DNA of 64,000 bases from assembly GCA_937864225.1 (NCBI GenBank), contig CALMJK010000002.1, forward strand, positions 67,916 to 131,915. The letters run 5' to 3'. Below, one piece after another: positions 36,043 through 45,378 of the stretch (the stretch's first letter is position 1; each line of letters opens with the position of its first letter). The position numbers were made by a program, and so were the translations under genes. This DNA is from an uncultured bacterium (GTDB taxonomy: Bacteria > Krumholzibacteriota > Krumholzibacteriia > LZORAL124-64-63). The notes beneath the pieces were generated by a model, which ran no database searches, was not told the origin of the DNA, and worked only from the letters and a program-made list of their open reading frames with translations.

Positions 36043-37212
36043 ATGGGCGAACTGCACTACCTCGACAACGCCTCGACCGCCTTCCCGAAGCCGGACCGCG
36101 TTCACGACGCGATGTCCTCCTTCTACCGGAAGCTCGGCGTGAACCCGGGCCGTTCAGGGTACGATCTCGCCATGGAGGCGGGTCTCGTCGTGGACGGCAC
36201 GCGGCGCGCGCTCAACGCGTTCTTCAACAACCCCGCGCGCGATCACAACCGGCTCGTCTTCGCGGCCAACGCTTCCGACGCGCTCAACATCCTGATCCAG
36301 GGCCTGGTGCAGCGCGGCGACCATGTGATCTCGACGCAGCTCGAGCACAACTCCGTGCTGCGCCCCCTCTACATGCTCGAGCAGGCCGGCGTGATCGAGA
36401 CCGACCTGGTGCCGTTCGACGGCGCCGGATTCGTGGATCCCGACGAGATCGCGCGGCGCCTGCGCCCCAGCACGCGGCTGGTCGTCGTCAATCACGGCTC
36501 GAACGTGCTGGGCACCGTGCAGCCGGTCGCCCAGATCGGCCGTCTCTGCCGCGAGCGCGGCGTCCTGTTCGCCATCGACTCCGCCCAGACCGCGGGCGTC
36601 GTGCCGATCGACATGGAGGCGATGCGGATCGACGCCGTCGCCTTCACCGGGCACAAGTCGCTGCTGGGGCCGACAGGCGTGGGCGGCCTGGCCGTGGGGC
36701 CTGACCTGCCGCTGCGCAGCACCCGCTGGGGCGGCACCGGCGTGAAGTCCGCCGTCCGCGCCCACCTGGAGGAATTCCCCCACCGCTGCGAGATCGGCAC
36801 GCTCAACACGTTGGGCATCGCCGGCCTGATGGCGGGCCAAGAGTGGCTGCGCGACCGCGGGCAGGCCGCGATCCGCGCCCACGAGATGGAGCTGACCGCC
36901 CTGTTGCTGGACGGCCTGCGCGAAATCGACGGGCTGACCTGCTACTGCGCCGGCGCCGACGACCGGCATTTGCCCGTGCTGAGCTGCAATCTGGCGGGCA
37001 TCGACGCGGCCGAAGTGGGCACCATCCTCGACGCGCAGTACGACATCGCCGTGCGCGCCGGCCTGCACTGCGCTCCGCTCGTGCACGAGCGCCTCGGCAC
37101 GACCCCCACGGGCGCCGTCCGCTTCAGCATCGGCCCGTTCAACACGAGACAGGACGTGGAGCTCGCGGCACGCGCCATGGGCGAGATCGGCGCGCGCTTC
37201 CCGGCCCGCTGA
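36043..37212 (+). CDS. aminotransferase class V-fold PLP-dependent enzyme (cysteine desulfurase-like)
   Basis: 389 aa. YLDNASTAFPKP...FTGHKSLLGPTGVGGL (PLP-lysine context)...RAGLHCAP. Confidence 0.7.
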   Translation: MGELHYLDNASTAFPKPDRVHDAMSSFYRKLGVNPGRSGYDLAMEAGLVVDGTRRALNAFFNNPARDHNRLVFAANASDALNILIQGLVQRGDHVISTQLEHNSVLRPLYMLEQAGVIETDLVPFDGAGFVDPDEIARRLRPSTRLVVVNHGSNVLGTVQPVAQIGRLCRERGVLFAIDSAQTAGVVPIDMEAMRIDAVAFTGHKSLLGPTGVGGLAVGPDLPLRSTRWGGTGVKSAVRAHLEEFPHRCEIGTLNTLGIAGLMAGQEWLRDRGQAAIRAHEMELTALLLDGLREIDGLTCYCAGADDRHLPVLSCNLAGIDAAEVGTILDAQYDIAVRAGLHCAPLVHERLGTTPTGAVRFSIGPFNTRQDVELAARAMGEIGARFPAR

Positions 37213-37217
37213 CGCGA

Positions 37218-37245
37218 GCGGGCGGCGCGATCCCGCGCCGCCCGC
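37218..37245. terminator. GC-rich perfect hairpin (12-bp stem, 4-nt loop) between convergent genes; candidate bidirectional terminator
   Basis: gcgggcggcgcg-atcc-cgcgccgcccgc immediately after the aminotransferase stop. Coordinates approximate to within about 1 nt. Confidence 0.45.
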
Positions 37246-37291
37246 CTGCCGGTCGTCCGTTCGCGCGCGCTCCGCGCGCGGCGTTCCGCCG

Positions 37292-37948
37292 TTATCTCGT
37301 CGGCTTGTGCATCGCGATCTGCACGAAGCGGTTGTTGGCGCGGCCGTCGGGCGTCTCGTTGACGTCGATGGGCCGGTACGGGCCGTAGCTGACCGCGGCG
37401 AAGCGCTGGGGATCCAGCTTGAGCTCGCCGGTCAGGTAGCGCACGACGGCGCAAGCGCGGTAGGCGCCCAGCTCCCAGTTCGTGGCCCAGCGCTCGAGGT
37501 ACTCGTTCTTGATGAGCTTGTCGTCGGTGTGGCCCTCGACGAAGACCTCCCAGTCGGGGCGCTCGCCGATCGAGCGGGCGATCGCCTCGAGGGTCGGCTT
37601 CATCTCGCTGCGGACCTGGTCGGAACCGGATCTGAAGAGCAGCTTCTCCGGCACGCGGACCATGACGACCTCGTTGACCTGCTGCACCAGCACGTCCTTG
37701 TCCGCCTCGCACTTCTTCAGATTGGCCCGCAGCTCATCGGCGAGCTTCTGGCATTCGCCCAGATTCCCGTCCTTGGCGGCCAGTTGCGACTGAAGGTCCA
37801 CGACCTGCGCGTCCAGCTCGGTGATGCGCGCCTTGAACTCCTTGCAGGAGCTGCAGCCGGACGCGGCCGCCAGCGCCGCCACCGCCACCGCCAGCACCGC
37901 CAATCGGACGATTGTGCGCACGGTCCCCTTCGAATGTGACATCATCAT
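37292..37948 (-). CDS. OmpA/MotB-domain lipoprotein with coiled-coil region
   Basis: Lipobox LAAASGC. Coiled coil ELDAQVVDLQSQLAAK. C-terminal OmpA-like FRSGSDQVRSEMKPTLEAIA...VEGHTDD...NNRFVQI. Confidence 0.75.
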   Translation of the reverse strand: MMMSHSKGTVRTIVRLAVLAVAVAALAAASGCSSCKEFKARITELDAQVVDLQSQLAAKDGNLGECQKLADELRANLKKCEADKDVLVQQVNEVVMVRVPEKLLFRSGSDQVRSEMKPTLEAIARSIGERPDWEVFVEGHTDDKLIKNEYLERWATNWELGAYRACAVVRYLTGELKLDPQRFAAVSYGPYRPIDVNETPDGRANNRFVQIAMHKPTR

Positions 37949-38159
37949 CTTCCTTTCTCGCGGCGCCTCAGCCGCGGCCGTCCATCTCGGCCACTGATGG
38001 CGGCGCTCCCCTGACTCGGATGCCTCCAGCAGGCATCGGCCACTCCCGCCAAATCTGAAGCTCGGCGGGCAGTCGGCTCAGAACACGGAATTTACCCGTT
38101 CCCGGCGGACCGGCCAAGCGGTTTTTTCGCCGGTCCCGGCGCCCGCCGCCGCCCGCGCC

Positions 38160-38825
38160 CTAGCCGTGGCGATCGAGCACCTCGTCCGGGCCGATCACGT
38201 CGATGCGGTCGCCGGCGTGCAGGCGCATCTCGCCGTGCGGCAGCACGATCCGCTCCGCCTCCTCCCCCTCGACCGCCGAGGCGCGCACGATCTGGATGAG
38301 GTTGAGCCGCTCCTGCCGCAGCAGCGACAGCTCGGAAAGGCTGCGGCCGATCCAGGCGGCGGGCACCGGCACGCGCCGCAGGCTGAAGCCCTGGGGCAGC
38401 TCCACGAAATCGACGACGGACTCGTGGGCGAGATGCTCGGCGAGCCGGTGTCCCATCTCCTCTTCCGGCATCACGGTGACGTCGGCCCCGACGCTCTCCA
38501 GCACCCGCCGTCGCAGCGGGCTGTTGACCTTGACCACGACGCGCGGCACGCCCAGCTCCTTGCACAGGACCGTCACGAGCACGGCCGCTTCGAAATTCGT
38601 GCCGATGGCGATGATCGCCACGTCCATGCTGCCGACGTCGTAGGCGACCAGGTTCTCGCGCGCCGTGGCGTCGAAGGCCACGGCCACGCTGACATCGTCC
38701 TGGATCTGCTCCACCAGGCGCAGGTTGCGATCCACGGCCAGCACCTCGACGCCGTCGCGGAACAGCCGGGTGGCCACGCTCGCGCCGAACTGTCCGAGTC
38801 CGAAAACGGCGACCTTCCTCAGCAT
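38160..38825 (-). CDS. trkA: potassium uptake regulatory protein (TrkA/KtrA-type, RCK N-terminal domain)
   Basis: VAVFGLGQFGASVA Rossmann motif. 221 aa. Confidence 0.8.
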   Translation of the reverse strand: MLRKVAVFGLGQFGASVATRLFRDGVEVLAVDRNLRLVEQIQDDVSVAVAFDATARENLVAYDVGSMDVAIIAIGTNFEAAVLVTVLCKELGVPRVVVKVNSPLRRRVLESVGADVTVMPEEEMGHRLAEHLAHESVVDFVELPQGFSLRRVPVPAAWIGRSLSELSLLRQERLNLIQIVRASAVEGEEAERIVLPHGEMRLHAGDRIDVIGPDEVLDRHG

Positions 38826-38880
38826 GACGCACCTTTCCGGCGTCCGCCAGACGCCCGCGGCCGGCCAGTCGCCGCCGCCG

Positions 38881-40668
38881 TCAACCGATCATCAGCCGCG
38901 ACGCGGGCAGCCGCACGCCGTGCTCGCGGGTCGGCCGCACCACCCCATAGGCGATGGCCAGCGGGCCGACGCGGCCATAGAACATCAGCAGCACGATCAG
39001 CAGCTTGCCCGCCGCCGACAGCCCCGGCGTCAGCCCCAACGACAGCCCGACCGTGCCGAGGGCCGAGTAGACCTCGTAGGCGGCCGGCAGCGCCTCGCAC
39101 CCCTCGATCAGCAGCAGTAGAAACATGCCGGCCGTGCCGACCAGCACGTTCGCCATCACGACGAACGTGGCCTGCCGCACGGTCTGCGTCGAGATCTCGC
39201 GGTCGTGCAAGCGCGCGTGCGGGTGCCCGGCGACGATCGCCCGCAGGTGCGACCAAAGCACGGCTATCGTCGTCACCTTGACGCCTCCCCCCGTCGACCC
39301 CGAGGAGGCGCCGATGAACATCAGCAGGATCTGCAACACGAGCGCCGCCTGGCTCAGGTGCGCCAGATCCACCGTGGTGAACCCGGCCGTGCGCGGGGTG
39401 GCGGCCTGGAACAGCGCCAGGCCCAGGCGTTCGCCCGTCGGCCGGCCGGCGAACGCGCCGTCCCACTCCAGGATCGCCAGCAGCAGCGCGCCGCCCGCCA
39501 CGAGGATGAGCGTCGAGCGCAGCACCAGGCGCGTCTGCACGTTCAGCCGCCGCCCGGCGCCGGACCGCACGCCCTGCAGTCGGCCCCGCAGGAAGAAGAG
39601 CAGGTTGCCCACGACCGAGAAGCCCAGGCCGCCGGTGATCAGCAGCGCGACCACGGTCAGGTGCACCAGCGGCACGTCGGCGAAGCCGCAGAGCGAATCG
39701 GTCCACGTGCTGAAACCGGCGTTGCAGAAGGCGGAGACGGCGTGGAACAGCGCGCTGAAGGCGCGCGCGTCGCGCGCGGGGATGGCGTCGGCGAAACCCG
39801 CGTAGAGCAGCGCGGCGCCGACGAGCTCGGTGGCCACGGTGAACAGCACGATGAACCGCAGCGTTCGCCCCACCTGGTCGACGAAGTCGATCTGGAAGAT
39901 CTCGCGCAGCAGGCTCCCCTCGCGCACGCCGATGCCGCGGCCAAGCAGCAGGGCCAAGGTGGCCGTGATCGACATGATGCCCAGCCCGCCCAGCTGGATC
40001 AGCACCAGGATGATCCACTGCCCCAGGCGCGTGAAATCGCCGCCCGTGTCGCGCACCACGAGCCCCGTCACGCACACGGCCGACGTGCTGGTGAACAGGG
40101 CGTCCAGGGGGCTGCAGGCGTGCCCGCGCGGCGCGGCGCGCGGCAGCATGAGCAGGCCGGCGCCGATGACGATCACCGCGGCGAACGCCATCAGGAAGAC
40201 CAGCATCGGCCGCACGCGCCGCTGCGCCAGGCGCGAGCTGAGGCGCTGCAGGTTGATCAGCATGTTGCCCAGGATGAAGAACTGCAGCAGCACGACGTAC
40301 GCCTGGGTGACCGTCGCGATCGACAGGGAGTGCAAGAACGGCGCGAGCCAGGCGCGTCCTCCCAGGCCGATCACGGCCAGCTCTGCCGTCAGCAGCAGCG
40401 TGAGCACCAGCAGCGGCCAGCGCGCCTGGAAGAAGTCCCGCCACGGCCGCACGGTCAGGGCCGCGATCAGCCCCTCGAGCAGGAACCCGCCGACGGCCAC
40501 CCCGCGCAGCGCGGCCAGCGCGCCCGCGTACCGCCACGCGTCGTAGATGCCCCAGTCGACCAGGAAGCCCGCCAGCCCGGCCGAGCCGGCCAAGACCAGC
40601 AGCCAGCGCCGCGCCAGCGGCCAGCGTTCCGCTCCGTTGCGCACGCTACTCCCCGATCTCGTCGCCAT
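38881..40668 (-). CDS. trkH: TrkH/KtrB-family potassium transporter with about 140-aa N-terminal extension (start uncertain)
   Basis: Core from about residue 145 (MLVFLMAF...SPLDALFTSTSAVCVTGLVV). Selectivity-filter-like GGxG repeats. The ORF as given overlaps the upstream gene's 3' end by about 23 nt. Confidence 0.7.
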   Translation of the reverse strand: MATRSGSSVRNGAERWPLARRWLLVLAGSAGLAGFLVDWGIYDAWRYAGALAALRGVAVGGFLLEGLIAALTVRPWRDFFQARWPLLVLTLLLTAELAVIGLGGRAWLAPFLHSLSIATVTQAYVVLLQFFILGNMLINLQRLSSRLAQRRVRPMLVFLMAFAAVIVIGAGLLMLPRAAPRGHACSPLDALFTSTSAVCVTGLVVRDTGGDFTRLGQWIILVLIQLGGLGIMSITATLALLLGRGIGVREGSLLREIFQIDFVDQVGRTLRFIVLFTVATELVGAALLYAGFADAIPARDARAFSALFHAVSAFCNAGFSTWTDSLCGFADVPLVHLTVVALLITGGLGFSVVGNLLFFLRGRLQGVRSGAGRRLNVQTRLVLRSTLILVAGGALLLAILEWDGAFAGRPTGERLGLALFQAATPRTAGFTTVDLAHLSQAALVLQILLMFIGASSGSTGGGVKVTTIAVLWSHLRAIVAGHPHARLHDREISTQTVRQATFVVMANVLVGTAGMFLLLLIEGCEALPAAYEVYSALGTVGLSLGLTPGLSAAGKLLIVLLMFYGRVGPLAIAYGVVRPTREHGVRLPASRLMIG

Positions 40669-42982
40669 CGCCGCCGCCCTCCGGCGGGCGCGCGACGGGC
40701 CCTTCGTCGGGCAGTTGGTACTCGTTGACCACCGCCGCGCCGATCGAGGCGGCGTTGGAGACGATTCGCCGCAGGTCGCTGATCAGGTGGATGTGGATCG
40801 AGCTCGTGGCCTCGCTCTCGGGAATTCCCTTGCCGAGGCGATCCAGGTGCTCGAAGTGCAGATTGCGCGCGCGGCGCGCCATCTCGGCCTTGCGCGCGAC
40901 GACCGCCCGCGCCAGCCCGTGATCGTGGGTCGCGAACGCCAGCAGCGCCTGTTCGAGCATGGCCAGCACGTCGTCGTAGTACGCCGACCACTGGCGCGCC
41001 CCCTCCGTCGAGAAGTGCAGATCGTCGCGGAACACCTTCTCGGCCAGCCCCATGAGGTTCTTGCTGATGAGATCGCCGATGGTCTCGAGGTGGTGCACCG
41101 TGTACAGCAGCGAGGCGACGCGCGCCGCCTGCTCCGCCCCCAACTCGCGCCGGCCCATGCGCGTCAGGTAGCGCCGCAGCGCTTCGTCGAGGGCGTCCAC
41201 CTTGTTGTCGAGCGCGACGACCACGCGCAGCTTCTCCGCGTCGCGGTCGCGGAACACCTCGGCGCCGCCGCGCAGCATGCGCAGCACGGCGTCACCCATG
41301 CGGCCGATCTCGCGCTGGACCTGGGCCAGCGCAATGGCCGGCACCTCGAGGATCCGCTCGTCGATGTACTTTGGCGTCCAGACCCGTTCCCGCTCCTCGG
41401 GCCGGTCGCCCACCAGCCGTCCCAGCAGGCGGGCCGCGCCGTCGAGCGCGGGCAGGAAGACCAACGCCGCCGCCACGTTGAAGAGCGTGTGGGCGTTGGC
41501 GATCTGGCGCGCCAGATCGGGCGCCGTCCGCGCGACCAGCGCCGCGAACGGGCCCGTCAGCGGCAGCATCAGCGCCACGGCAGCCACCTTGAAGAAGACG
41601 TGCGCCAGCGCCACCCGCTGCGCCTCGCGGTGGGCGCCAAAGGCGGCCAGCGCCGCCGTCACGCACGTGCCGATGTTGGCGCCGAAGATGACCGGGATGG
41701 CGGTCTCGAGGCCAATCAGCCCCTGGAAGGCGAGCGTGAGGGCGATGCCGATCGTGGCCGCGCTGTTGTGGATGAGCGCGGTGAACACGACCGCGGCCAG
41801 CAGCACCAGCACCGGGTGTTCCTGGCCCGACACGAGCAGCTGCCGGAACGCGGGCAGGTCGGCCAGCGGCTCCATCGCGCGACTCATCAGCGACATGCCG
41901 TAGAAGATCAGCCCCACCCCGAGCACGAACTGCCCCAGCGAGACGTGGCGATGCCTCGGCAACGCGGAGAGCGCGAAGCCCGCGAACACGATCAGCAGCG
42001 AGTAGTCCTTCAGCGGAAACGCCAACAACTGCACCGTGAGCGTCGTGCCGACGTCGGCGCCCAGGATGATCGCCAGCGCCTGCCGCAGGCTCAGCAGGCC
42101 CGCGTTGGCGAAGGAGACCAGCATGACCGTCGTCGCGCTGCTGCTCTGCACCAGGGCGGTGACGACCGTGCCGGTCAGCAGGCCCAGCAGCCGGTTGTCG
42201 GTCACGCGCCCGAGGATCGCGCGCAGGCGGTTGCCCGCGACCTGCTCCAGGCCGGTCGTCGTCATGCGCATGCCCACGAGGAAGAGCGCCAGGCCGCCGA
42301 GCAGGCCGGACCACAGCAGCAGCGTCCAGCGCGGATCGACCACGCGCAGGACGAACGCGGTCGTCTCGTCGCGATCCTGCGGCAGCGCGGCCGTCACGCG
42401 CAACGGCTCCACGGACTTCCCGGGCAGCACGTGCACGCCCGCGCAGCCCAGCAGATCGCTGCGCACGGACAGCCGCGACGAATCCGCCGCCGGCGTCAGC
42501 GCGGCCGGCCGCGGCTCGTATCCCGGCGAGCCGTCGCGCTTGGGCACCAGCGGGCTGAGCGTCCCGTTGCTGCGCGCCCGGCCGTCCGGCTCGAAGCCTG
42601 GTTCGATCCGGAACACGACGGCCGCGCCGCTCACCGGCGCGCCGCGCGCGTCCAAAACCTGCACCAGCAGCGGGCGCGACGCCGCCCCTCGCGGGCTGAG
42701 GGTCTGCCGGTTGCCGCTGATGTCGCGGCCGAGCGTGTCCACCGCCTTGATCAGCCGCAGCTCGCCGACCGTGTCCGCCGCCGCGACAGCGGCCAGCGTG
42801 TCCGGCGCCGCCGCGAGGCGGGCAAAATCTGCCCCCGCGTCCGGCGCGGCGCCGCTTTCTGCCGCCGCCCCGGCGAGCGTCGCGGCAGGCGGCCCGCTGC
42901 CGGGGCCGCCCCCCACGGGACCGGTCCGGCCCAGCGCCAGGCCTGGCCACGCCAGCATCAGGCCGATGATAACGATTTTCAT
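40646..42982 (-). CDS. Na+/phosphate symporter family protein (NptA/YjbB-like with PhoU-like C-terminal domain) carrying an N-terminal secreted extension of about 270 aa
   Basis: ATG MKIVIIGLMLAWPGLALG (signal peptide). Core LVQSSSATTVMLVSFANAGLL / LIHNSAATIGIALTLA repeats. C-terminal PhoU-like helical region. Confidence 0.75.
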   Translation of the reverse strand: MKIVIIGLMLAWPGLALGRTGPVGGGPGSGPPAATLAGAAAESGAAPDAGADFARLAAAPDTLAAVAAADTVGELRLIKAVDTLGRDISGNRQTLSPRGAASRPLLVQVLDARGAPVSGAAVVFRIEPGFEPDGRARSNGTLSPLVPKRDGSPGYEPRPAALTPAADSSRLSVRSDLLGCAGVHVLPGKSVEPLRVTAALPQDRDETTAFVLRVVDPRWTLLLWSGLLGGLALFLVGMRMTTTGLEQVAGNRLRAILGRVTDNRLLGLLTGTVVTALVQSSSATTVMLVSFANAGLLSLRQALAIILGADVGTTLTVQLLAFPLKDYSLLIVFAGFALSALPRHRHVSLGQFVLGVGLIFYGMSLMSRAMEPLADLPAFRQLLVSGQEHPVLVLLAAVVFTALIHNSAATIGIALTLAFQGLIGLETAIPVIFGANIGTCVTAALAAFGAHREAQRVALAHVFFKVAAVALMLPLTGPFAALVARTAPDLARQIANAHTLFNVAAALVFLPALDGAARLLGRLVGDRPEERERVWTPKYIDERILEVPAIALAQVQREIGRMGDAVLRMLRGGAEVFRDRDAEKLRVVVALDNKVDALDEALRRYLTRMGRRELGAEQAARVASLLYTVHHLETIGDLISKNLMGLAEKVFRDDLHFSTEGARQWSAYYDDVLAMLEQALLAFATHDHGLARAVVARKAEMARRARNLHFEHLDRLGKGIPESEATSSIHIHLISDLRRIVSNAASIGAAVVNEYQLPDEGPVARPPEGGGDGDEIGE

Positions 42983-43287
42983 TGGGGCGATCCCGGGCTT
43001 CCCCGGTCCCCGCCAAAAGCCGCCGCGCGTCCCGGCGCTCGCCACCGGACAGCCGCAGCATGGACCCCGGCTCCGCAACGGGAAACACCGGGGCTTGGAG
43101 GGGAGGTTCTGGGCAGCGTATAGCCGCTTCGGCACAATCATTGCGACCACGCGGGACACTGGTCCCGCACGGGGAAGAATCGGGCGTTTTGCCACGATGG
43201 CGCCCCGTCCGGCGCTCCGGCCGCCGGCCGGACCCGGACCCGGAAATTGCCGGTGCATCCTAAGCCCTGGAGCGGCGGTCCACAACA

Positions 43288-45375
43288 GTGGAAATCAAGC
43301 TCGGCATCGTGCGCAAAGGCGGCGGTCGACCCGGACACGCCGGGCGGATCGTGGCGATCATGGCGGCCTTGCTGGCCGTCCTACCAGGCGCGACGCGCGC
43401 CGCCGAGGCCCCGCTCGACACGCTCGAGACCCAGGACGCGCCGCCCCCCTGGGTGCCCCGCGACATCCAGATCTCGCGCAGCCTGCTGCCCGAAATCAGC
43501 GGCTCCCAGCTGCCGGCGACGCAGCCGCCCGCGCGTCCCCCGCGGCTGGATGACCCGCTGGAAGCGGCGTGGCGGTTCCACCAGGCCCGCCGCGCCCTCG
43601 CCGACGACCAGGCCGATGCCGCCTTGCAAAAGGTGCGCGAGGCCGGGGCGCTCGACCCGGCGCGCGCGGCCTACCCCTGGTGGCGGACCTGGCTCGCCCT
43701 GCACGGCCGCAACCTCGACTTCCTGGAGGCGCTGCCCGCCGCCTGGCACGCCTCGCGCGCCGACCTCGCCGCCTGGAAGCGGCTGCTGCTGCTGGGGCAC
43801 GAGGGCGCCCTGCTGTGGCTGGCCCTGTTCTGGACCCTCGTCGCGCTCGCCTGCCTCTTCCGCTGGGGCCGGCACGTGGCCCACGATCTCAGCGCCCTCT
43901 TCTGGCGCGACGCGCGCCACGCGCCCCGCCGCTGGACGCTGCCGCTGCTGCTGCTGGCGCTCGTGCTGCTGCGGCCCGGCTGGCTGCTCTGGCTGGGGCT
44001 CGTCTCGGTGCCGCTGTATCTGGGGGCTTCGAACCGGGGGCGCGCACTGTTGGCGCTGATCTGGCTGCTCGCCGCGGCGGCCGTCTACCCCGACTGGCCC
44101 GCCCTGCGCAGCGCCGTGCCCGCGCTCGATCCCGGCAGCGAGACCGTGCTGCTGTCGCGGGCGGCGGTGTCGCCGGCGACGCCGCAGCTCGTCCAGGAAC
44201 TGGAGCAGCGCCTCCCGCAGGCCGGCCGCGACGCGCCGCGCACCGCGCGGCTGCGCCTGGCGCTGGGCATCCAGGCGGCGCGCGGCGGCGACTACGACGC
44301 CAGCCGGCGGCTCTTCGACGCCATCGCGCGGCAGGATCCGTCCAACGTGGCCGCGGTGGTGAACCTGGCCAACAGCGAGTACTACCTCGGTCGCTACGAC
44401 GCGGCCGTGCGCGGCTACCAGCAGGCGCTGCAGAGCGAGCCGACGCGCGGCGAGATTTATTACAACCTGTCGCAGGCCTACACGCGCAAGCTGTTCTTCC
44501 GCGAGTCGAGCGAGGCGCTGACCAGCGCCAACCGGCTGGGCTTCTCGCCAGAGCCCTGGGAAGACGCGGCCGAGGCGTACAACGGCTTCGCGCCGGTCGT
44601 CTACCTCGGCCACGATCGGGAGGACCTCGAGAGCAGCGCGCGCTGGGAGGCGACCCACTACGCCCCGCTCGCGCACCTCGCGGCCTGGTTCCCCTGGCTG
44701 GGCCCCGCGCCCCGCCTGCTGTTCTGGCTGCTGCTGGGCCTGCTGATCCTGACCGTCGTCCTGGGGCTGGCGCTGCCGCTGCGCCTGCGTTGCGCCCCGT
44801 GCAGCAACTGCAACGTGCCGATCTGCCCCCGGTGCGGCACGCGCCGCGAAGAGGGCCTGCTCTGCGCGAAGTGCCAGGAGACCGCCGAGCGCGCCCGTTC
44901 CGAACTGGTGCTCGCCACCCTGCTCAAGAACCGCGGGCGCGACATCGAGCTGCATTTCGTCACCGCCGCGCGCCGCTTCAACCGCTGGCTGCCCGGCGCC
45001 AGCAATCTCGTCGCCGGCCAGCCCCTGATGGGCCTGGCGCGGCTCGGGCTGCTCGCGACCGCGCTGCTGCTGATGCTCTTCGGCTGGTCGTTCAATCTGA
45101 TGGCCGTCTGGGACATGCCCGGGGTGCGCCTGCCGGAGGAGACCCTGCACCCGCTGCTGGCGCCCCTGCCGGTGGACGCCTGGAACGGGCTGCGCGGGTG
45201 GTCGCTCTGGGCGGGCCTGGCGCTGGCGTCGCTCCTGTACGCGACGGCCTGGCTGGGCCGCGAGAGCTTCCGGCGCGGGCGTCCGTCGCACATGTCCAAG
45301 CAGATCCTGAAATTCGACGCCGCGTCCGCCGCGTCCGGCGGCGGCCCGCGGCGCGAAACCGCGCAGGGGCGGTGA
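43288..45375 (+). CDS. TPR-repeat and Cys-rich (zinc-ribbon-like) polytopic membrane protein, hypothetical
   Basis: The ORF begins at a GTG. A more likely ATG gives MAALLAVLPGATRAAEA (signal peptide) at about 43360. TPR-like AVVNLANSEYYLGRYDAAVRGYQQALQ. CAPCSNCNVPICPRCG...CAKCQE. Several TM segments. Confidence 0.55.
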   Translation: MEIKLGIVRKGGGRPGHAGRIVAIMAALLAVLPGATRAAEAPLDTLETQDAPPPWVPRDIQISRSLLPEISGSQLPATQPPARPPRLDDPLEAAWRFHQARRALADDQADAALQKVREAGALDPARAAYPWWRTWLALHGRNLDFLEALPAAWHASRADLAAWKRLLLLGHEGALLWLALFWTLVALACLFRWGRHVAHDLSALFWRDARHAPRRWTLPLLLLALVLLRPGWLLWLGLVSVPLYLGASNRGRALLALIWLLAAAAVYPDWPALRSAVPALDPGSETVLLSRAAVSPATPQLVQELEQRLPQAGRDAPRTARLRLALGIQAARGGDYDASRRLFDAIARQDPSNVAAVVNLANSEYYLGRYDAAVRGYQQALQSEPTRGEIYYNLSQAYTRKLFFRESSEALTSANRLGFSPEPWEDAAEAYNGFAPVVYLGHDREDLESSARWEATHYAPLAHLAAWFPWLGPAPRLLFWLLLGLLILTVVLGLALPLRLRCAPCSNCNVPICPRCGTRREEGLLCAKCQETAERARSELVLATLLKNRGRDIELHFVTAARRFNRWLPGASNLVAGQPLMGLARLGLLATALLLMLFGWSFNLMAVWDMPGVRLPEETLHPLLAPLPVDAWNGLRGWSLWAGLALASLLYATAWLGRESFRRGRPSHMSKQILKFDAASAASGGGPRRETAQGR

Positions 45376-45378
45376 GGC

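Noticed and set aside
31975-36105. 1376-aa minus-strand ORF
   Set aside because: Arg/Ala/Gly/Pro-rich nonsense that overlaps four plus-strand genes with real domain signatures (SPFH, zinc ribbons) and the cyclophilin and aminotransferase genes. A typical high-GC spurious ORF.
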